Positions 6,217 to 11,709 of a stretch of 11,709 bases of DNA are shown here, in pieces (position 1 is the first letter of the stretch; the number at the start of each line of letters is the position of its first letter). The stretch is from the IMG/VR virus record IMGVR_UViG_2548876944_000019, positions 1 through 11,709 of that record. One strand, written 5' to 3'. A program made the translations under genes and the position numbers. This stretch comes from a virus. Taxonomy: Duplodnaviria; Heunggongvirae; Uroviricota; Caudoviricetes. Below the pieces are notes generated by a model that made no database searches, had not been told where the DNA came from, and saw only the letters and a list, made by a program, of their open reading frames with translations.

Positions 6217-6971
6217 CAGTTAGGCGCTCCTGTGTTACCGCCGCCGGTCTGTACTCCGCCGTGCGTGTGCGTCATCAGGCTCTTACCACCAGCTTTTACA
6301 TCGTTAGTCACCGTGACAGGGCCAAGCATCGTCGCGGTGCCGCCGCTTTCGCCCATCCCCTGAGAGAGATTCCCGTTTATTGTCACGTTGCCGTTTAGCG
6401 TGATGGTGGGTGATGTGATCGTGGTTCCTCCTTCTGCTGTCGCCGTCAACGCGCCGGGAGTTTTAACCGTGATATTATGGCCTGCGGCCACTTCCACAAA
6501 CGCAGCGCCATCATCAGTACGCAGCTGCGCGCCACTGGTGCTTATTCCGCTTATTTTCTGCGCCTGAGACTGCGGCCCGACGATACAGAAAGCATCCGAT
6601 AAATCATGCACCCGGTCGTCGACAGGCTCCTGCACCCCGCCGTTCTGCCACCAGAAATCGATGCAGCGGTCGGCGAAAATCACCAGGCATTCATCCCCGG
6701 CTTTAACCGGAAAAGTCAACGTACAGCCTCCACCGCGCGGAAATACCACTGGCACATCCACCAGCAACGGGTAATTTTTGGTAATGCGGTTACCGTCGTT
6801 ATCCTTTTCAACCGAACGGATAGCTGGCTGCACAACCGCCGTCACCGCGTCGGGATCGAATGACTGAACAATGCCAGGCAAGGCGACACGGATCTGGTTC
6901 TTTGTTGTTTCCCGTTCAGATTTGAATGTTTCGGCAAGGTCGCCGCTGCGGGTCTGGTCAGATACTGCCAT
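6216..6971 (-). CDS. Baseplate central spike protein, gpV-like
   Basis: 251 aa with a C-terminal beta-helix-like repeat run (ITVKTPGALTATAEGGTTITSPTITLNGNVTINGNL) and a THTHGG (HxH) apex motif near the C-terminus, as in gpV-type spikes. Confidence 0.75.
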   Translation of the reverse strand: MAVSDQTRSGDLAETFKSERETTKNQIRVALPGIVQSFDPDAVTAVVQPAIRSVEKDNDGNRITKNYPLLVDVPVVFPRGGGCTLTFPVKAGDECLVIFADRCIDFWWQNGGVQEPVDDRVHDLSDAFCIVGPQSQAQKISGISTSGAQLRTDDGAAFVEVAAGHNITVKTPGALTATAEGGTTITSPTITLNGNVTINGNLSQGMGESGGTATMLGPVTVTNDVKAGGKSLMTHTHGGVQTGGGNTGAPN

Positions 6972-6990
6972 TTAGTAGGCTCCAGAAAGC

Positions 6991-7016
6991 AAAAAACCCG
7001 CCGGGTGGCGGGTTTT
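6991..7016 (-). terminator. Rho-independent terminator downstream of the lipoprotein gene, inside the tail operon
   Basis: Perfect 10-bp stem AAAACCCGCC / GGCGGGTTTT (6993-7002 and 7007-7016) with a 4-nt loop. On the minus strand the hairpin is followed by a T-rich run (TTTTTTGCTTTCT). It lies between the lipoprotein stop (7037) and the spike start (6971). Confidence 0.7.
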
Positions 7017-7036
7017 ATGTGACTAATTTGATCTTT

Positions 7037-7762
7037 TCAGTTTATAAGCCCCATCTTACCGGCGCTTCGATAGTTAATTACATCGCCTGAAGAGCCGCAA
7101 GGCACAGCTACAGTCGACATTTTGACAAATCCTTTACCGCCCTGCTTTTGGCATAAAGTGGCATGCATTTTTGCTAAACGCGCAGCATGGCCAAAATCAA
7201 TTTTGGTTCCGTAAGTTGAATCTCGTAGAGCTGCTTTTTTTGCAATTCCGGTAATATTTTTGTCTTTAATTACAGATGCAAACAAACTCAAATCATTTCC
7301 AATTTGATTGAAGCAAGTACGATTAATATCAACATCGGCATACGCTGAAATGCGTTTGCAATCTGAGATCTGAGAAAGCACAGATGTGTTAACTAGTTGC
7401 AAATTTAATTTGTAGTCACCGACATAGGTATAAACTTTGTTAGGGTCCGTGGTTCCCGGATAACGAGTTACGAATGGAATGCTGTTGTACGCATCTCGCA
7501 AAGATTCTGCCCCCTTACTTGTAAGCTCGTTCCCAACACCAGCAACGATAACCTCTGGATGTGAAACTTCAAATTGAGACTTTTCTTCGCGCTGTATTTG
7601 AAGCCTGCTTTTCTGGCTCTCCTCAACTTGCTTATCGTACGCTTGTTTTTCTTCATTTTTTTGGGATAGCCATTTTTCCTGCGCTTTAGCACCATTAGGA
7701 TCCCAACTACATGAAGTTAAAAAAAGAGAAAATACGATTGTGGTTATCGCAAGCCTGCTCAC
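7037..7762 (-). CDS. Predicted outer-membrane lipoprotein (241 aa), moron inserted in the baseplate operon
   Basis: GTG start at 7762 with GAGG 9 nt upstream. Signal peptide ends in lipobox LTSC with Ser at +2. A charged linker (KAQEKWLSQKNEEKQAYDKQVEESQK...) is followed by a four-Cys globular region. The gene is visibly AT-richer than the flanking tail genes and is followed by its own terminator. Confidence 0.75.
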   Translation of the reverse strand: MSRLAITTIVFSLFLTSCSWDPNGAKAQEKWLSQKNEEKQAYDKQVEESQKSRLQIQREEKSQFEVSHPEVIVAGVGNELTSKGAESLRDAYNSIPFVTRYPGTTDPNKVYTYVGDYKLNLQLVNTSVLSQISDCKRISAYADVDINRTCFNQIGNDLSLFASVIKDKNITGIAKKAALRDSTYGTKIDFGHAARLAKMHATLCQKQGGKGFVKMSTVAVPCGSSGDVINYRSAGKMGLIN

Positions 7763-7764
7763 TA

Positions 7765-8829
7765 TTATGCACCTCGATTCATCGCTGACTGGCTAGGAAT
7801 ATCACTAGCACCTCGAGCAAAGCACATCATGTCCATGTACCACGCCTGGCCCCTTGTGTCACCAGTGTACATAATCCCGCGCACAATATAAACGCCATCC
7901 GTTGCGATGCTGGCAGGTTGTGCTGTGGTGCCGCTGAGCGTGATATTACCGTCCGTGTTCTGGTCGGTGATCTGCCCACCAGCCATCGCGATATCATTGT
8001 TCGACAGCGCGGTGCGGTACACGGAAGCCTGATCCAGCTGAATAAGCCCGTTAACCCGGATGTTCGGATTAATCAGCGCACGGACGTTTACACCGTTGCC
8101 GATAGTCTGCTGCGGCATGCCAATAAGCCCGGTGGCGCTGTTGAGCACAATCGCGTCGTGAACATACTCGTTATTCGCCACCATCTGGCGCTGACCGTCC
8201 ACAAATTGCCATGTTGCGCCACATTGTCCGGCCACGTTATCCATAAGATGCCGTGTCATGCCGAACAGCACCCGCCCTCGAGGGAATACGGTAGCAGGCA
8301 TTTCAGGCGTCAGTCCTTCGGTCGCGCCTTTGGCCTCAAAGTCTTTCATCAGCGCACGGTTCACATCTGCGACCGTGTAACCGGCCGCCAGCGTCTGCGA
8401 GGTTATACTGGTGGCAAATGCCAGATCCGTATCTGCTGCCTGAATCAGGACATAGGAATCAATAGGGCTGTCTTTTCCTGTGACCGAGTAGCGAATTTCT
8501 CCGCTGAAAATCAGCCCGTAGTTGCGGCCATCACTCTGGCCCACATCTGCCGCGTCGACTTCACGCACGGTCCCGACGTCGCTTGCCGCCACCTCCGGCG
8601 CGATACCGTCGTAACCGGCAATCAGCCGCACTTTCGAAAACTCCTGCCCGGTAATTCGGTTCACAGTATCTGCCGAGAGGTTATAAATTTTGATAGTCCC
8701 TACCCGGGACGCGCTGCTGATGTTGAACCAGTCGATCGTAAAGGTGACTTTGAAATCACTTAGCTCAATTCCCTGACCGTTCCCGTCCACAAGCTGCAGC
8801 TCGAAATGTCTCATCCAGTTCTGTGACAT
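7765..8829 (-). CDS. Baseplate hub / tail protein (Mu gp44 / P2 gpD-like by position and size)
   Basis: 354 aa; ATG at 8829. Located between the small tail assembly ORFs and the spike, where hub proteins sit in Mu-type tails. No motif verified. Confidence 0.55.
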   Translation of the reverse strand: MSQNWMRHFELQLVDGNGQGIELSDFKVTFTIDWFNISSASRVGTIKIYNLSADTVNRITGQEFSKVRLIAGYDGIAPEVAASDVGTVREVDAADVGQSDGRNYGLIFSGEIRYSVTGKDSPIDSYVLIQAADTDLAFATSITSQTLAAGYTVADVNRALMKDFEAKGATEGLTPEMPATVFPRGRVLFGMTRHLMDNVAGQCGATWQFVDGQRQMVANNEYVHDAIVLNSATGLIGMPQQTIGNGVNVRALINPNIRVNGLIQLDQASVYRTALSNNDIAMAGGQITDQNTDGNITLSGTTAQPASIATDGVYIVRGIMYTGDTRGQAWYMDMMCFARGASDIPSQSAMNRGA

Positions 8830-8831
8830 GC

Positions 8832-9134
8832 TTACTCCGTTGATACCAGTAAATGACTGCGACCGCCCAGATCAGTTTTCGTGGGATAATCCTGTGTGTT
8901 GTCATCGCAGACCACCACCAGCTTAAAACCAAGCCCCATACAGGCGTACTGCGCCAGCAGATCAGCGCCAGTGACGAGAGGAATACCGGAGATTACCGGC
9001 TCTCCTCTGTCGTTCTGCAGGTCCATAATCCAGTAAGGATCGCGCCATATGATGCTAATCCGCCAGGTGACACCACCCAGGACGATGCTGAACTGCTGGT
9101 TGTCCGCTGTCAGCGGAATTTCCTGAATTGTCAT
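8832..9134 (-). CDS. Small tail/baseplate assembly protein (100 aa), function unassigned
   Basis: ATG at 9134 overlaps the TAA of the upstream ORF; it ends 2 nt before the hub ATG. Typical coupled small tail gene. Confidence 0.5.
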   Translation of the reverse strand: MTIQEIPLTADNQQFSIVLGGVTWRISIIWRDPYWIMDLQNDRGEPVISGIPLVTGADLLAQYACMGLGFKLVVVCDDNTQDYPTKTDLGGRSHLLVSTE

Positions 9135-9721
9135 TAGCCGCCTCCCAGTAATGACGCCACGTTACCCGTGATGCTTTTCAGCAGTGAAGTATCTGGAGGC
9201 TTTGTGGTTTTGTTACCGCTATTCTGTACCGCCGACGTGCTGGCCCCTTCCTTCATGTTGGTTTTATCCGCGACGGTAATCTTCTGTGTCCGGGAGATAA
9301 TGACCTCCCTCAGGGTGAGGACGGCGGACAGGACGTTTTCGGTTGTCTTGTCCGTCGTTACTTCCAGCGCCCGGATCAACATGTTGCTGTACAGCCGTTT
9401 ACCGGTTACCACATCGAAGGGGATACAGCTTTCCTGCAGATCCAGTAGCTCCTGATACGTCTGCTGAGGACTCAGGCCGAGCAGGCTGGTAGCCGTCAGA
9501 TTACTGGCAAAATCCAGCAATGCGCCGCCACCGGCGAAACCAACCTCCATCACCACTTCTGACGGTTTTTTATAGGCATGATCAGCGACAGCGGCCCCGA
9601 CCTCTACCGGATGCTCTGTTATTTCAAGCATATCTGTATGCTTCTCTGAAATAACAACACTGGGAACAATCATTCCTATTTTTCTGCTCTGCTGATGAAA
9701 AAGTGTAGAGAGAATATCCAC
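9134..9721 (-). CDS. Tail assembly protein (195 aa), function unassigned
   Basis: GTG start at 9721 overlapping the tape-measure stop (TAGTG), with an SD-like GGTGAGGG just upstream. An internal ATG 16 codons downstream is an alternative start. Confidence 0.5.
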   Translation of the reverse strand: MDILSTLFHQQSRKIGMIVPSVVISEKHTDMLEITEHPVEVGAAVADHAYKKPSEVVMEVGFAGGGALLDFASNLTATSLLGLSPQQTYQELLDLQESCIPFDVVTGKRLYSNMLIRALEVTTDKTTENVLSAVLTLREVIISRTQKITVADKTNMKEGASTSAVQNSGNKTTKPPDTSLLKSITGNVASLLGGG

Positions 9722-11709
9722 TAACCCACCCTCACCTGATTACTTCGCATGACCTGAGCATTTGCAGACTGTTGCCGACGTGCAACCTCATTACCGACAG
9801 CGTGCGGATCTCCGCCACCGTAAATGTGGTAAGTATTTTGCTGGTTAACCTCTGTCATTTTGCCACTAATTCCCGCCACGGCAGCCTTATTAATCAGCTC
9901 TCGAGAATAGATATTTCTTCCATTCTCATGCTGGATAATGCTGCTCATCAATGCTGACATGGTTTGCGGATCGCTCATATTCAGGGCAGCCCGGGGATCC
10001 ACTCCCAGTCGTTGCGATACAGCCCTGATATACGCAGTTGTGTTGTTATTATCAGACGCAGGTGCCCAGGTAGAGATAATTTTCTCCACACTGTTTATTC
10101 CCCGTCCGGCGTACAGCATTAACTGACGAGCAAGAGCCCGTAATCCATCAAAAGCAGTTTCAAATCTGGCAAATCGCCCGCCCGGGCGTTCAAGAGAAGC
10201 CCCTGCCTGACCAGCAAAATTAAGGTTTCCCGGATTGTTATTCCGTTCTCCTCGTTTCGTAGCCTGTGCATATTGTTCCGGCTCATCATCACCAAACCAG
10301 CCGCGTACCGTCCGGCCCACACTGCGGGGATCGAATCCCCAGTGCTCTTTAATCCAGTCGGCAGTACTGTTAGCGCTGTCTGTAACCATCGGCATCGCTG
10401 ACGGATTTTCGCTGCCCTGATTAAGTATCTGTTTGCCGATGCTGACGGCATCAGCCCAGCGGCCATCTTTGATAGCGTTGAGCAGGTCGGCGATCATGTT
10501 CAGCATTTTGCTGAATTCGCCCATCTGGTCGATGAAGTTGCTGAAATCCCACTTCAGGGACCATGATTTGGGGTCAATATTGAGCAGTTTCGCCAGCGCT
10601 TTCACCAGGTCGTTAACGGTCGTTTTAAGGTCACGAACCATCTTCAGCGCGGCATCGACCTCCGGTTTCCACTTGCCCCAGTCAATCAGGCTGTCGCCGC
10701 CTTCCTTCCAGGTCTGATAGTCCTCCCACAGGAGGGCAATACCCGCCGCCAGCGCGGTAATGAGGCCAATCGGCGACATCCAGAACGTACTGTTCAGAAT
10801 GCGCAGCGCAATCGTCAGTGCGCCAAACAGCGAGATCAACTCCCGCGTTTGCTTATCCAGCGATTGCCACCAGGTGATAAGGCCTGATGTCCCCTCAATC
10901 AGTCTGAAGAACAGCCGCCCGATAATATCCCCGAGCGCCAGAATGCCTTTTATGGCTTTCGTCAGGGTCTGCTCGATACGAGGGAAGTTGTCCAGGATAT
11001 GGCGGCGCAGGGTGTCCAGCGAACCCGCAAGCCCCCCCGCAAGATTAGAGCCGATTTTGTCACGGGCCATGCCTGCCATCGAGCCAAACTCACGCAGGGA
11101 GGTCATAAATTTGTTGGAGCTTCTGGCCGCCTCGTCAGCATTGAAGCCGATAGCTTTCGCCATTGCGCTGTACTGCCCGGAGAAGCCACCCACACCCCGG
11201 CGCATCGCCATAAGGGTATTTTCGTCAATGCCCAGCATCTGCGCATACTGGTTAGCCCGGTAATACGGCATGCTGCTGAGTTTCTGTCCAACGCCCGTAA
11301 AAATAGCGGCCATGTCACGCATGTTACCGCTGGCATCACGGGTCTGTACGCCCAGGCGATTCAGAAAGCCTTCTGCACCGGGATTGTTACGAATAAACCG
11401 GGATAGGCTTTCCAGAGAAGATCGCGCAGCGTCCACGCTGCCGCCAACCTGCGAAACCGCATAGCCAATAGACTGAATTCCCTGGACTGTCGCGCCGGTG
11501 CGCTGTGACGCCCAGTAAAGATTATCCAGGCCGGAGGCGATCTTAGCCGTGAAGGCCACCACGGACAACGCAGCTCCTTCAACAGCCAGCCCCATTTTGA
11601 TGACATTTGCAGTTGTACCGGCGAGGACAGAACCGAACTTTTTCGCTCCTGCATCATCCACACTGAAGCCAAGCGAGACGAGGAAATCTTTAATAGTTTC
11701 AGCGTTCAT
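9721..11709 (-). CDS. Tail tape measure protein (662 aa as given)
   Basis: Long, alpha-helical, Ala/Gly-rich protein with a central hydrophobic stretch (ISLFGALTIALRILNSTFWMSPIGLITALAAGIALLW), immediately upstream of the baseplate genes. The ATG sits at the window edge (11709-11707), so completeness cannot be proven. Confidence 0.8.
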   Translation of the reverse strand: MNAETIKDFLVSLGFSVDDAGAKKFGSVLAGTTANVIKMGLAVEGAALSVVAFTAKIASGLDNLYWASQRTGATVQGIQSIGYAVSQVGGSVDAARSSLESLSRFIRNNPGAEGFLNRLGVQTRDASGNMRDMAAIFTGVGQKLSSMPYYRANQYAQMLGIDENTLMAMRRGVGGFSGQYSAMAKAIGFNADEAARSSNKFMTSLREFGSMAGMARDKIGSNLAGGLAGSLDTLRRHILDNFPRIEQTLTKAIKGILALGDIIGRLFFRLIEGTSGLITWWQSLDKQTRELISLFGALTIALRILNSTFWMSPIGLITALAAGIALLWEDYQTWKEGGDSLIDWGKWKPEVDAALKMVRDLKTTVNDLVKALAKLLNIDPKSWSLKWDFSNFIDQMGEFSKMLNMIADLLNAIKDGRWADAVSIGKQILNQGSENPSAMPMVTDSANSTADWIKEHWGFDPRSVGRTVRGWFGDDEPEQYAQATKRGERNNNPGNLNFAGQAGASLERPGGRFARFETAFDGLRALARQLMLYAGRGINSVEKIISTWAPASDNNNTTAYIRAVSQRLGVDPRAALNMSDPQTMSALMSSIIQHENGRNIYSRELINKAAVAGISGKMTEVNQQNTYHIYGGGDPHAVGNEVARRQQSANAQVMRSNQVRVG

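Larger units (their letters stand above)
1..11709 (-). mobile_element. Prophage late region (partial): Mu-type contractile tail/baseplate module, invertible tail-fibre switch and terminal cargo island
   Basis: Contiguous minus-strand tail operon with start/stop overlaps, Din-family invertase remnant, tail fibre and Tfa genes, and AT-rich cargo beyond the invertase. Gene order matches what I recall for Mu/SfV/e14-type tails. Confidence 0.85.

Noticed and set aside
7468-7695. 75-aa Lys/Arg-rich minus-strand ORF inside the lipoprotein gene
   Set aside because: An alternative frame of the lipoprotein coding region; basic low-complexity product and no independent signals.
7918-8763. 281-aa plus-strand ORF antisense to the hub gene
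   Set aside because: It lies entirely inside the minus-strand hub gene, which is embedded in a coupled operon. The translation is Arg/Cys/His-rich and low-complexity, typical of an antisense shadow ORF in GC-rich coding DNA.
10760-11406. Plus-strand ORFs (167 aa and 135 aa) antisense to the tape-measure gene
   Set aside because: Shadow ORFs with Arg/Pro/Ser-rich composition, no start context, and complete overlap with a high-confidence gene.
1-11709. CRISPR array, tRNA or rRNA
   Set aside because: No regularly spaced direct repeats, no cloverleaf-like conserved tRNA features and no rRNA-like stretches were seen on either strand.

Overview
This window reads as the distal end of an enterobacterial prophage with a Mu-type contractile tail (e14/SfV-like architecture, judged from gene order and protein motifs; no database search was possible). 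The minus strand carries a tightly coupled tail/baseplate operon: tape measure, two small assembly proteins, hub, spike (gpV-like), gpW-like, gpJ-like, gpI-like, tail fibre and a tail-fibre assembly protein. A predicted lipoprotein gene with its own intrinsic terminator is inserted between hub and spike (a moron). At 1788-3662 there is a Din-family (Gin/Pin/Hin/Cin-type) invertible tail-fibre switch: both 26-bp crossover sites are identifiable, and a silent alternative fibre tip with its own assembly chaperone sits in frame for fusion. The adjacent invertase gene is truncated to its catalytic N-terminal half (104 aa), so the switch is probably locked unless complemented in trans. Beyond the invertase junction (1-1472) lies an AT-rich cargo island with two plus-strand ORFs of unknown function (88 aa and 281 aa) and a perfect 16-bp palindrome between them. 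The island sits where related prophages carry accessory or defence cargo, and it is the best candidate for an undescribed system. No rRNA, tRNA or CRISPR array was seen. Functional calls rest on motifs, gene order and recalled family knowledge.
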